Assembly: GCA_002269645.1 (NCBI GenBank)
Contig: NIVC01000056.1
Location: 124,001-188,000 of the forward strand
DNA: 64,000 bases
DNA from: Macrostomum lignano
Lineage: Eukaryota
Direction: 5' to 3'
A program made the translations under genes and the position numbers. How positions within the stretch are numbered: the stretch's first letter is position 1; the number at the start of each line of letters is the position of its first letter. Below, one piece after another: positions 22,201-34,172 of this stretch. The notes below the pieces were generated by a model, which was not told the origin of the DNA, made no database searches, and saw nothing but the letters and a program-made list of their open reading frames with translations.

Positions 22201-25200
22201 TTTTCAGCGATAGGAAAAACATATTTTCTTGTCAAGCAAGTCAAAACAAGTCGATTGCACCTCGGACCTCGGCTGTTTGCTACATTTGCCATTCTGATGT
22301 CCAGAAGACCAGATGTTTGGATTTTAGCGATAAAACCTGTAAAATTTCTATTTCGCTAATGCATTTTGCAGCCAGCACCGGCCTCCCAACGAACTCGGAA
22401 CAACTTGCGGGTGTAGCAGCCTTCTAGTACGAGTGAGGATCGTGGCTGGTTGTAGCCTTGTGGTCAGAGCGTCGGACTCGCGACTGAAAGGTCGGGGGCT
22501 CGATTCTCGACCCCCACTCGAAAAAAATTGTGTCCTTGAGCAAGACACTTAACTCTGCATTGCTTCAGTTCACCCAGTTGTAAAATGGGTGCCAGGATTA
22601 GCTGGGGTAATTGAGGGTGTGTGTGGCGACCCCCAGTCCTTGGACTGAGCAGCGGTACGCAGCCTTCAGATGCATCACGCAATAGCTGCGGCTGAGCTGT
22701 CGGTTGCACATCTGCCCATAGGACAGGTGTAAGCAATTATTATTTATTATTGTTATACTAAGAGTTGAGCTGTCCGTGCCGGGATTTTCGAGGATCGGGG
22801 AAAATATATAAACTGAACACTCGTCATCCTCAGACATGAGTGCGATGGGCGCTAACCGGGTCTGGATCGGCTTCGAGGCAGGAGACTGGATGCGGGTTGA
22901 TGTCGAGTACACCGGCAGTTGCAAGTGGCGCAGCCGCCGAGCCTGGAGCATCAGCGTCAGGCACGTTGAGTTTGAGTGGCTGAGCGGCAGTCTGCTGTGG
23001 ATCGGCGATGACGCCTCGGTAAGGTCAAACCGCTTGGTTGATATGAAAATTGATTTCATATCGCTGACTGAGATCCCTTCCTTCCTGCGCAGATCTACCG
23101 CTCTCAGCCAGCCGGCAGTAGGAGGCTGCTTCATAGGACCGCGGCCACTCATTTCACCCTGCTGACTTCGCGCGCACTGCTGCTTTGGAGCACCACCAGC
23201 CAGCTATGGGCTGGAAGCCTCAGCGGCGGTGCAAAGCGCCTCCTTCTTGAACTGCCTCAGCAGCAACAACTAGTTTCAGCCTTCATCAGTGCCGTCTACG
23301 TGGAAGAGTCGGCTAGCGCACGGTCGGCACTGTACCTGGCTTTCTCCGGAGTTCGACAGATGCAGAGTCAGCATCGGGTTTTCTACGCGGTCTTCAGCAG
23401 CGATAATTCGGCGGCGCTGTTCTCCGCCCTGCTCACCGTTCATTCCGCCTTCGGTGACGCGAACTGCTCAGCTAGTGGGTCAACTTTCGTAGCCACGCTG
23501 CGACCATTCAGCCAGTACTCCCAGCTTCAGGTGCTTGGTAACAAGGTGCTCTGGAGTCATCAAGGAGGAATCAGTGTTATGTCGCTTGGTGGACCTGAAA
23601 GATTCTTTAACGACTCGTTCCTACTAGTGTCGCGGTCGGAACTTCTTCCGTTTGCTGTTGTTAGAGACGAAGATACGGGTGAGTGGCAATTTAAAGCGCT
23701 AAGTGGAATTCAAGAGGTCAGTTTAATCGATATGGTCAAGCCAGCTATCTCTCGCTAATTGTGCCACTCTAGACTTTCTGAGCGAGCTGTCCAGCCGCAA
23801 CCTGTCGGTGATTCCAACTCCCGTGAACGCTTCCCTGCTGACGTATCGATTCGATTCGGTATCGGACGGCGAGCTGCTAGTCGAGTGGCCGGAATCATCG
23901 CCGCCTGGCCTAACTCGGTACCTGGTGAGCCAGGAGACCGACGGCAAGAACCGGTCCGTGAGCCTCCTCGACCGAAGCTGGCTCCGCCTGCCGAACGTGC
24001 CGCCACTGGCCTTGGTTCGCTTGGAGATCACGCCGCTGACAGCCTGGGCAAGCAGTGTCCAGCCGTTGAATGTCACAATCTTAGCTCCCATCGCAGGTGA
24101 GGGTTGCTAAATCACAGCGCAAGCTGAGGGTCTAGATATGTAATCAAACTTGTTGCTGCGTTTCTGCGGTTCATGGGCACACCTTCCCGCCGCATGATTC
24201 AGGCTGAGCTGGGCAGCTTGGCTCAGTTTCTCTCTCTCTCCCGCGATGCGATTGGCTGGCGTGGGGTAAGGACGATCGGGAGGGATTGCGATGGGGCGGT
24301 GGGCTCCGGCTTGCAGCCTTTCCCCCAGTAGGCGACAATTATTTAGTAGTCGCTGGGTCTGGGCCTCTACGTACTTAGTCTGGCTTTTAGTCACCGTTCT
24401 ACTGACCCACTAAGACCCACGCCCATACTGCCGGGCAAATTGAAAAGTCAGAAAAAAAGCCTACAAAGAGTTGTACTCGTTTGCTTGTCCCATCTCCGGC
24501 CTCTGTCTTCGTTTGGTTGCCAAGGGATACAGCTAAGGGTTCGTGTGTCCTGACACCGTCTTAGATTGGGCTACGCAGTCATACTGCACGTGTTCTATTG
24601 TATGCCAGCCTGTGCGTCCTGACGCCTAGCTGCTGGTTGTTGGTGTCCCGTCGTCCCGAAACGGGCACCAGTTATGCAGGAGCGTCCTGACACCCCAGAT
24701 TCCGGGAAACTGTGCACTCTTGTCCTGACGTAGGCAACCAAGGACCGTATAATTTTACTGTACCATGTACACTCTATTGTACTTCACAAGCCATGGATTC
24801 AGTTATAAAACTAAATTTTTGCCCAAGCGATCGTTACTTGAAGCATGGCTTGTTTTAAAACTCTCGATCAAATTTACAACCAATGTAAAACTTGATCCGC
24901 ATATTCCTAAGCGATTAATTTTGAAAGCAGTTGACAACTAGCTTCGCATGACTCTTCCTGAGATGATTTCTCCCAACTCAAAACCCGCATTGGCAGTTCC
25001 CAAGCGTCCAGTCAACCTGACTGTGTATCGCCACGAGAAGCCTGGAAATAATGACGCCTTAGACGTCCAGATGTGCTGGAGCCCGCCCGACAGAGCCAAT
25101 TCCAGGGCCCACCCTGTGCAAGAGTACCGCGTGACGCTGCGGGTCACCAGCTCGTCGCCCGAATTCGGCCAGCGCTGGTCCAAGCACCGGGTTGGTCGGC

Positions 25201-28200
25201 AGCGTACCTGCTTCGGCACCGCGCTGGACTCCGCGAACCAAGTTGCTTGCTTCAGCGTCTTGGCCTGCAACTCCCGCGGCTGTGCGGCCAGCGATGAAAG
25301 CAGCGAGCAGCAGCTGACCGCATGCTCCGACGGTGGCCAATTCGACAAAACGGACAGTCTCAAGGTGAGCTCAGACAAGCCTGGCGACTCAAGCGGTGTG
25401 CAGCGCGATCTGACCTACGTGGCTGGGTCAGCGACGCCGGTCAGACAGTCGGACGTAACAGCCTTCACTGTGAAGCGGCATCACGCCAGGATATTTTACG
25501 CCATTGGGCGTCACTTGTACACGTCGCCAGCTGATCAAGCGGCCAGAGAGTCTATCTACAGTCGGGCAATGTCGAATGTGAGTGGTCAAGCATTAAATGT
25601 GACATCCTCAACTATGCGTTTTTGCATCTCTAAAATTCGGAAAGGTGTTTGGTTCTTGGAGCTTTGTTTGGAATCAAACTAGTTATACAACAACAACAAA
25701 AACACAGTACGCTGTCAGGTGGAAAAAAGCTGCGTCACAGGGCACGCTTCAGAGCCTGGGCGCGAACAAAGGCCGCACCGCCGGCAGAGTCCGGGGTGCC
25801 AGCGTCGGCCAGCAGGCAGTCGACGAAACGCCGAGTTCGGGCCTGGCCGCGCCGGTAGGGTGCCTGCAGCGTTAGCAGCAGCACCTCCTGCACCGGCTGC
25901 GGGCAGTAGGACTCGGCGCGGATGATGTGGCCTGCCAGCTGGAGTCGCCGAAGTCGCAGCAGTTCACTTGGACGGGCCAGGCCGGGGCGGCGATAGACTG
26001 CCGCGTTAGTGATCCGCTCGTCGCTGATCTTAAAGGCGGCGCGCAGCAGGCGAGCGTGCGCCGCATTGACTTGCTGTTCGAGCGAATCCGTCAGCGTCCA
26101 GGTCTCGGCGTTGTACAACAGGACGGTCTCGACCACTGCCTGGAACAGCGCCGCCCTCTGGCGGTCAGGTAGGGTCTCGGACTGCAGGACCGCCCTCACA
26201 GAGCGAAAGGCAGCCCAAGCGAGCCCGCGGCGACGCCGCAGATCTTCGCGGATGTCAGGTACCAGACCGCCGAGGTAGACAACTGCTGACAGCGCGGAAG
26301 CTCCGTTACCTGCCCGCCAGCGCCTCGGCAGAAAATTGCGGCCTCGATGTCGCCCGGCACGCAGACCACAACGGTCTTCTTCGTGTTGACCACCAGGCCG
26401 ACGCTCGCTGCAGCGCTAACCAGCTTGTCCAGCTGGCGCTGGGCGCCCTCTACGGTCGAGGACAGCAGGGCGAGGTCATCGGCGTAGCCAAGCACGCTGA
26501 GCCGTTTTTCCGGTTGACGTCGAGCCACGCGTCGCCGCAGCAGAAAGCCGTCGTCGTCGGTAGGAAGAGCAGTTCATAGCACCCAGTCAAGCACCAGGAC
26601 GAACAGGAACGGCGCTAGAGTGTCCCCTGGAGCACCCCGGAGGATGTCTCGAAGGAGTCCGACAGGCCGCTCGGCGTCATCACAGCTGCTCTCGTAGCAC
26701 AGTACAACGCCATTATGGCGGAGATCAGCTGTTCTGGTACATGATACGCTTGGAGCACATGTGGGAGCTCAGCCCTCGCAACCGAGTCGAATGCCTTCAT
26801 GAAGTCAATGAAAACAACAATCAGGTCCAACTGGCGCGTGCGCGCCTCCTCGATGATTCGGCGAAGAGCCAGGATCTGCGGCACTGTGCCACGGTGGGGC
26901 CGAAACCCGTTCTGCTCAGGTCGCAGGTAAGGATCCAGCACGGGTTGCAACCGCGATGGCAGCATCCGGTTGAACAACTTCGCAGCACAGGATTGCAGGC
27001 AGATGCCTCGGTGCTCGTCTAGCCGTGTAGTGCCCGGCTTCTTTGGAATGGCGATCATGTGCGCCATGGTCCACTCGGTGGGTGCCATTTCACCGGAGAG
27101 CACGCGGTTCATCACACGGGTGACCTCATTGGCCACACAGTGGATGCGCAGCGCCTCGATGGGCACCTCGTCCGGACCCAGCGCCTTGCCGCCCGGCGTC
27201 TTCTGGGCGAGCATTACGACTTCAGCCATGGTGACTGGTGCAACGTTAAAACTGTCCTCTGACGGCAACGGCGTCTCTGGCGGCAGCGTCAGGATGTTGG
27301 GCAGCGGGGGTGGCGGTGCGTTGACTATGGCGGCGAAGAACTCGCACAGCTCGTTCCTGCGCTCATCCGCAGTGTCGCCTGTCAGATTCAGTTGGATGCG
27401 CCGCTTCCCCATCCTGTCAGAGCATTAATGGTGGACCAGGCCACGCGCCCTCTGGCGTCGGGTCCAGCAGCAGAGACGGCCTGGACAACTTCATCAACTG
27501 CGGCCTGCTGCCGCTGCAGATAGACAGTCGCCAGAGCTTCCTCCGCCTCGCGAGTAGGTCGCCTGCTCAGACGGAGCTTCTCCAGATATTCCCTCGCTTG
27601 CTGAATCGCGGGGTCGTCCTGCGGCGCTCACATCCACGTACTCGGCACCTCCACACTTGCCGCCGAGCGCAGTGATGAAGGCGCTAGCAAAGCGACAGTG
27701 CGTTCCGGCGTCTTTGAGAGCGCGGTAATAGCGCCGCGGTGGCCGCTTCAGCGGACGGTAGAGCGGATCGCGTAGCTCGAGGTCGCAGATGAGAAGCCGA
27801 TGATCGGACCGTAGGGCCAGCGGCGTGATGGTGCGGCAGTTGACAGCGCAGCGGCGCGCACAGGAGCGCAAAAGCACGTGGTCGATCTGTGCTAGCCTCC
27901 GAGTAGCAAACCGGCTGCGCGCGTTCCGCCGCCTCCGCTTGCCGCCCACTAAAGTCGCGAGCCTGCTGAGTGGCTTGCGGAAGCGGGTGTTGGCCGACAC
28001 CGTATCCTGCCTCTCCAGGAAATCCTCCAGCGCCTGGGTGTTGCCGTTCTCGCGAGGCGTCACAAGCAGCGACCGCTGGTTATAATTATAATTATTGTTA
28101 AAACGCTGTTGAACCATGAAGCTCCCAGGGTCACTAATCTCTTAGATCACAAGAAAACGAAGGACCACAAGGAACACTTCGTTATATAAGGACGTAACAC

Positions 28201-31200
28201 TCTCTATTCGTGTAAAAATAGTTGAAGGCCGATTTTCGTTCTCGTATACATTAGTGAGATAGACGAATTGCATGATTTTCAACATAATTTTCTGTTTGCA
28301 GAAGCCTAGGGCTATTAATTTCCGAAATTTTGCAGTATGTAACCTGAACAATAAAAATCTGAACAAACTGTCAAAAAAGTAACCTTCTACATGCAACCGA
28401 TTCGGAGATACAGAAATTTTAATAATCGGCCTTCGACTATTTTTGCACGATTTGCGAGTTTTGCGTCCTTCTAGCTAGTTAGTCCTTGAAGAAAACTTAT
28501 AATCTCTGACAGGACACCGTCACGATCTACTGGATGGGCTTCGACTGGCTCAGAGACAACCTGCTTTGGCTTGAAATGTCCAATTCTTTGCTCTCACTGC
28601 CGAGGACTCGCCTGATGCTGATCGAGTTCGGCCGGCTACCGCAGGCCTCCGTTGTCTTGGAAACGATCGGACAGCCGGCTGACGTTGAGCTTCTGGTTGT
28701 AGACAGGTTCGCGGCATCTCATTTTCTGGCACTGATTCTGCAAGGCGCGCAATTAATTCCCAAATTTTTTGTTACAGACAACTGCGGTTTCGCCAGGCCT
28801 CCGGCAACTATCGATCCCTGGATCTGGACCACCTGATCCCCAGCGATTCGCTCAGCCGCTTTGCTGTTGCCACCTACTCTCAGCGTGACTTTGCTGCCTG
28901 CAGCGAGTCGCTGCGACTGCGCCCGGAGGACTGGGCCCTGTGCGACATGGACGCTGAGCTCAACGCATCTCTGCTGATACTCAGGGGCTCCTGGGAACTC
29001 TGCGAAGTGTCTAGCGTGGTAGCATTTGCGCCTGTCTGCCTGTCACAGGTTTGTCTATTAATACTTACTACGACACTTGGGTCCTCGGTGCTAAGTAATT
29101 TTTCACAGAAAGCGTGTTGAGATATTGGCCGAGTCAGAAAATTTGCCTAACCTGTTTTAGGCGCGGCTCGTCAACGTCTGATCCAATACGACCTGGTTGT
29201 GTGCGAGGTGCCCAAAACTGTAGTCGACCGTTCGCTCGTTCGAATTCTGTCAGTCCAGCCGGAGCTCGCATTGCAGGGTGGCTCCTTGGCAGCGACTCAG
29301 AAGCAGAGCCAGCCAAGAAGTCTGGAAGGTGGGTCGTCAAATCAGCCTCAGGAGCAACAGAAGCGGCGGACACGTGCTTACAGTCTGACTTCGATTTTCG
29401 TCGAACGCTCGAATGGGCAGATGCTAAGGACGTCCCGCTCTTTGACTGGAGCCGCTCGTCAGATAGCACAGGGAGCTGTCAGGTTGCGACGCATCTGCTA
29501 CAATACAACTTCCGTGGTCGCTTCCCTCACCGACGTGTCGGTTGGTCTCGTAACAGCTGAGGTGCTGCGAACCAGTCAGTCAAGCCTCACAATGATGCTT
29601 CGGGTAGGTTTTGTCTAAATTTCAAGCTTATTACACTCTCACAGTTTAGCACTGGTTAAATTCGGCTTTAATTCTTTAGGATGTGAAATCAAACGCCAAG
29701 ATTTCTCCCACCTCAGAGGCGATGTTCTCTACTAGTGAAGGTAAGTATTCATTTCAAGATGAAGAGAACCAGTAAAAATAGCATGAAAGTTCGTCAAACA
29801 GTCTATACATCGGTTAAAACGGAACTCCAGGTATCCAGGTAAAGCTAAACTTCAGTACCGAACTACTTCCCGGTCGAGTCTACGAACCAGTTCTCACTCG
29901 AACTAAAGTCACCGGCCCAGATGAGAATCTTGCCGGCTGTCGGTTTAGGAGTGCCGGTGAGACACAGTGCCGATGCATTAAAAATGACTCATTGTTTTTG
30001 TCGATGTTGATTTCAATTTAAAAACATGGTTTCGTCCATCAGCGGCGCCGCCTGATCCGCCGTCGAGAGTTCGGTTTGACGGTGCGTTCGGCCTGGTGTG
30101 GGAGGCGGCCGGAGACAACGGCTCGCCTGTAACTGGCTACGAGTTGTCTCTGGTGGCAGCGAACGCATCGGACGGGACGGTTGTTTATTGGAAGCGGCTG
30201 CCGAACGTGACCCGATTTGCCAGCGACAGCGCCATGCTGTCATGGGCGGCTGCCGTCCGAATTGCCGCCGTTAACTCTATGGGCCAGAGCGAGCCGAGTC
30301 CTCCTGTGCCCATTCCCGTCACTGCGACTGCCGTTCGTTACTCAGGTGCGTCTGTGTTCTGTTGACTGGTTTCACCTAAATTGTTCAACTTGACCAATGC
30401 TTTCACCAAAAATGCTTGCAAAATACCATACTCTCGAAACAAAAACCAACAAAATCCTTTATATCTGGATATAGTTTGAATATCTCTTGTGCTTGTTTTG
30501 GTAAATTCACTTAATTGAAAATTGACCTTCAGAGTATTGAAAGCAAATGTAAACAATTGCTTTATCTTCCCTACTCAAGACGTTTTCAATACAGATTCCC
30601 TGCAGTCTATTTAAAATAATTTGTTTACAAAAAACTTAACTTCGCAGAATTGGACTGAGCTTCGTCACCCTGACGCTGCTGGGCGCTCTTGTGCTGCTTC
30701 TGCTCGGCTCGCTGCCTCTACTGGCCTACTTTCTCTGCAGTAAGTAGCAATCTGATTGGCTTTAAATGTCTGTCTCGCAGTCAGAAGTTTAGGTTGCCTT
30801 GACACCAGTTACTTAGCAAGAGAAGGTAGTTGCTGTCCCTCCGGGACTTGTCCGCCGGTAGTTTGCTGAGCGGAAAAGCTGCCGGGCATGCGAGTCTAAT
30901 AAAGCTTTTTGAAGCGGTTTCAGTATTTTTTGAAGTTTAGCATAAAACAAGATTCACTATCTTAAATGGTTTGTGTCTATCAAACGATCCGCCACCACCC
31001 AGAGCGCAGCCCAAAGCCATCGACCGTGCAAATCCCGCTGGTGCCAGTGCTGTCCCAGGAGTACGTAGACCTTGGCCTCGCATCCGATGAGGACGAGCTG
31101 CGTCGACTGCAGGACGCGCTCCGACGTCAGCAACCGACGCAGGATGCCGCCGCTGTTGCAGCCACTGCCGGCAGTCTTCTTGCCGTCATGACGCGCGTAT

Positions 31201-33053
31201 CCAAGAGTCAGGTTAACGTTGTACGCTTTCTAGGCTCGGGCGCGTTCGGTCAGGTGTTTGAAGGCTTTGTCCGCCTGCAAACCTCCTCTACGAGAAAGCC
31301 CCGACAGCAAGGCGCCTCAGCTGTGGGGGATGACTCCGATGATTTTGAGGAGCTGCCCTGCGCCGTGAAGATGGTGAAAAAGACGGCCAGCGCGCAGGAG
31401 AAGGCCGACTTTCTGCGCGAGGCGGCGCTGGCATCCCGCTTCGACCATCAGCACATTGTGCGCTGCCTGGGCGTATGCGTCGACTCCGATCCGCACTTCA
31501 TCCTGCTCGAGCTCATGGAAGGCGGCGATCTACTGGGCTTCCTACGCCGGTCTCGCGGCTGTCCGAGCGATCCCTGTGCTAAGCTGAGCCTGGCCAGCGT
31601 GGTGAAAGTTATCCTCGATGTGGCGAACGGCTGCTGCTACTTGGAGTCTCAGAAGTTTGTTCACCGGGACATCGCGGCCAGGAACTGTCTGGTGACGCAG
31701 CGGTCTGGCGAACTACTGGTCAAGATCGGCGACTTCGGTCTGGCTAGAGACGTGTACCGGAGCGAGTACTATAAGAAGGATGTCGGTCGGGCGATGCTGC
31801 CGGTCAGATGGATGTCGCCGGAGGCCCTGACTGATGGCGTGTTCTCTACTCAGTCGGATGTGTGGTCAGTAGCTTTTGTGGTACGCTTGTACCGATGCTA
31901 CATTGTCAGAATACCGATTGCAAGTTATCAATAACGCCTCTTTCCAGGGCTTTTGGCGTACTCTGTTGGGAGTCACTGACGTTGGGCCAGCAGCCCTACG
32001 CAGGAAAATCGAATGGTGAAGTGCTTCGCTTCGTCCGCAGCGGTGGCATTCTTGAACAGCCGTCAAATGCTCCAGAGCCGCTGTGAGGTTCTCTTGCACT
32101 TTTTAAATACTGTAAAACTTGAACAGCTTGCTCAGTTCTCATAAATATCATTTAAATATGCAGCTACCACATGATGCTGATGTGCTGGAAGCACGATCCG
32201 AGCCACCGGCCTTCATTCACTGAGATTCTACAGTGTGTCGAGGGCTTCCACGTCCAGTCGCGTGACTCAAACAGTCCATTTGCCGGGCCTATGAACAACA
32301 GGTGTTCCGCTGTTAGCGGCCTCCGGAGCAGACACGGTAAGCTTCCATTTTGTTGGTTTTAGCTCGCATTAGCTATTGTAGCACGAAAGCTGACCTAGAG
32401 AGCCTCTGCCCCGTCCAGCCTCTTCGGTGTACCACAACCAGCACGGCAGCGCCACGGGATTAACCACACAGACGTCACTGACGAGCTTAGGCAGCTTAGA
32501 GGGCGCCGTGGGTGGCTGTACGGGTTCGCCTATTCAGTACACGACTCTGATGTTGCGTGAGGGTCTGCAGCAGCAGCAACAGCAGCAGCAACAGTTCTGC
32601 ACAGTGCGTTCGCCAGCCCTTGGTCGAGTCAATATTTCTGCCGACTTCGGCAGTCCGCGCTCTCGACCGCCGCTCCCTCCATCACAGCTGGTACAGCAGC
32701 AGCGCAGGCAGCATCTGCACTACATCGCGCCTGTCGTTGGTAGCGATGAGGAATCCGACGTGAACGACTCTCTGCCCAGCAAGCAGCCGGCGCCCACCTG
32801 CAGGACTCAAGTGCCCGACGGCAATTCAACCTCTGATGACGATCGAGAATCCGACGCAGACAGCCAGCACGGCGACGATGAGGAGGAGAGTCTGAGGCGG
32901 CCGTTCCTGCCGGCTTCCGCTCGATCGGTCGAGACGTCGTCCTCGACGGACGCCACAGCCGCAGGCGGAGGTCAACCCGGTGGTGCCAGACGACCGCTGA
33001 TGGGGGTGGCGGCTTTTCAGACTCGGCCCGGGCCGCCGCCAGAGTTTTGCTAA
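10231..33053 (+). CDS. ROS1: ROS1/sevenless-family receptor tyrosine kinase (signal peptide, FN3 repeats, YWTD-type propeller segments, TM, kinase), about 2330 aa
   Basis: Exons (GT-AG, phases checked): 10231-10281, 10896-10971, 14633-14907, 15471-15555, 16381-16833, 17986-18167, 18766-18896, 19067-19163, 19451-19662, 20075-20252, 21473-21883, 22834-23018, 23093-23678, 23773-24096, 24997-25577, 28513-28706, 28778-~29048, 29161-29603, 29680-29740, 30043-~30345, 30648-30739, 31003-31864, 31948-32082, 32164-32336, 32419-33053. Signal peptide MRLCTVLTLTSLCLGCL; FN3 motifs LDGLAPFTSYQ, VSWKPP, WEAAGDNGSPVTGYEL; propeller motifs LAVDWVAQHVY, DPVNGYLF, GFDWLRDNLLW; TM IGLSFVTLTLLGALVLLLLGSLPLLAYFLC. 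Two junctions (about 29048 and 30345) are phase-ambiguous. Confidence 0.85.
10320..10830. repeat. 10-bp minisatellite (GGGTGAGACT)n in intron 1 of the RTK
   Basis: Direct reading. Confidence 0.95.
11390..11930. repeat. 14-bp pyrimidine minisatellite (CCCTCTCTCCTTAC-like)
   Basis: Direct reading. Confidence 0.93.
12380..13560. repeat. ~19-20-bp C-rich minisatellite (CCCCGCCTCCCTCATCATT)n
   Basis: Direct reading. The same unit recurs at 14960-15400. Confidence 0.95.
13965..14535. repeat. Degenerate ATGGGTCAA(CTGTTGGGTCA) minisatellite
   Basis: Direct reading. Confidence 0.85.
14960..15400. repeat. Second array of the CCCCGCCTCCCTCATCATT minisatellite
   Basis: Direct reading. Confidence 0.92.
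15625..16345. repeat. 15-bp minisatellite (CTGGTGCTGGCGCCC grading into CTGGTGCTAAAGCC[C/T])
   Basis: Direct reading. Lies inside the RTK intron 15556-16380. Confidence 0.95.
16860..17400. repeat. Degenerate AAATCC(T/C)C short-unit repeat
   Basis: Direct reading. Confidence 0.88.
17748..17948. repeat. 21-bp minisatellite (CAGTCATAAACCAGGATCAAT)n
   Basis: Direct reading. Confidence 0.93.
18222..18515. repeat. 15-bp near-perfect minisatellite (TCATCCTGACAACTC)n
   Basis: Direct reading. Confidence 0.95.
18905..19030. repeat. ~32-bp repeat x4 (GTGCTCAGCTTAGTGCTCACAGGATGCAGT..)
   Basis: Direct reading. Confidence 0.9.
19185..19390. repeat. 33-bp repeat x6 (ACACGGGACTCGCTCACCTTAATCACCTGTTAG)
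   Basis: Direct reading. Confidence 0.9.
20330..21440. repeat. 41-bp minisatellite, about 27 copies
   Basis: Unit TGGAAGCGAGATAACCAATGGTATGGAGTGGCTCTGACTGT. The 41-aa periodicity in all three minus-strand ORFs confirms the 41-nt unit. Confidence 0.96.
22440..22758 (+). mobile_element. tRNA-derived SINE with CORE (MIR-like) domain
   Basis: tRNA-like head (GTAGCCTTGTGG ... GGCTCGATTCTC), then GTGTCCTTGAGCAAGACACTTAACTCTGCATTGCTTCAGTTCACCCAGTTGTAAAATGGG (22530-22590), which resembles the recalled MIR CORE consensus; AT-rich tail. Second copy at 46573-46722. Confidence 0.7.
25688..28078 (-). mobile_element. 5'-truncated, frameshifted RTE-like non-LTR retrotransposon (APE C-terminus plus RT) in an RTK intron
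   Basis: QIDHVLL...SDHRLL (endonuclease), EQNGFRPHRGT, DFMKAFDSV, GVLQG, YADDL, LRRLQLAGHIIR, split over several frames. (TTG)n-like 3' tail; 6-bp TSD GTTATA at 25682-25687 and 28079-28084. Confidence 0.9.
28208..28450. mobile_element. Small MITE-like element with ~27-bp terminal inverted repeats
   Basis: CGTGTAAAAATAGTTGAAGGCCGATT versus AATCGGCCTTCGACTATTTTTGCACG. No TSD established. Confidence 0.5.
31003..32336 (+). CDS. ROS1: Tyrosine kinase domain exons of the ROS1/sevenless-like gene
   Basis: LGSGAFGQVFEG, CAVK, EKADFLREA, HRDIAARNCLV, KIGDFGLARDVYRSEYYKK, LPVRWMSPE, SDVWAFGVLCWE, CWKHDPSHRPSF. All catalytic motifs present; activation loop is of insulin-receptor/ROS type. Confidence 0.95.
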
Positions 33054-33074
33054 GCACAGCAGCACCGCTCAGAT

Positions 33075-33389
33075 CAGGGGTGTCACAGATTGTTTGGTGG
33101 AGGGAGGGAAAATCACAAAAAAATTAATCACAGAGATTATTTTTCCACCTGTTTGGTGTACCTGGCGCTTGCTTATTCTGGAGAGAAGTGTTTAAAGTTT
33201 CCAAAGTCATAAAATCTTTGTAAGTCTCCAAATTGGTTTGCTTTTTGCCACTCCATAGCTGCCCTAAAACCTACCCTAAAGCACTGTTGAAAAATGGAAG
33301 AGATGCGGCTATTACCTTATTTAATTGGTTCATTAGCCCGTAGCATTAAGCCATGGTCCCAGTGTGCCCCCCCCCCTGTGACACCCCTG
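33075..33389. mobile_element. MITE-like element just after the RTK stop codon
   Basis: 14-bp TIR CAGGGGTGTCACAG / CTGTGACACCCCTG, flanked by AT on both sides. Confidence 0.6.
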
Positions 33390-34172
33390 ATACAGAGCAA
33401 AATGTTTTTTAAACGTCGCCCTTCGGAGACGCACACTGTACTAGCTTTTCTACAGCAGCGAGTAGTAAAAGCATGCCATGACATTATCGCTACTAATTCA
33501 TCACAATAATTTGCTTTATCACACACTTCTGTGCCTGTATTAGTTCCGAATCATTCGCCGATAGCATGCATGCACCGAAAATTACAGTTTATTCGATTCT
33601 CCAAACTGCAGTCAATTGCTTTATTTAACAGACTTTCAAGTAATGATGAATAAGACAGAGACAGAGACAGAGTGACCGCAATATAAGCCGCTATAGCTGG
33701 CGCTCAGCTGAATTGAGACTCAGGCAAGAAGAGAAGTACAAATGAATTTGACCGAATATTTAGACAGGGCACAGTTCGTAATTCAGATTTCATACAGACA
33801 GAAGACAAAATATGAAATTTTATAGAATAATTTTCGTGGTTTACAGGCGCACCGTTAGTTTTCGGGTCAGTCAAGTAAGTAAAATGTGAGTAAGAACAAT
33901 TAGAATAACTTCTTGCTTCATAATTACTTTCACTAGTAGCTCGTAATTTGAGTGCTATGATTTTTATACAAAGTGTCAAGTCTTTGAAAACTCCAGACTT
34001 ACGTATAGCTTACGTACATGCAGTTCTAACATCTACGCAGTCTAACGGTTACGCAGTCTAACATCTTGTTTACAGCAATCTTGGGTCCTTTTGTGCAATT
34101 TGTCACCAGGAGCATGTAAAACAAATCGTTCACAAGGAAGTCCAGCTCGATACAGAAAATGTCCTGGTGTCG

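Noticed and set aside
21985-22368. 18-bp inverted repeat (AAAATGCATTAGCGAAAT) as MITE termini
   Set aside because: No TSD or second copy visible; insufficient support.
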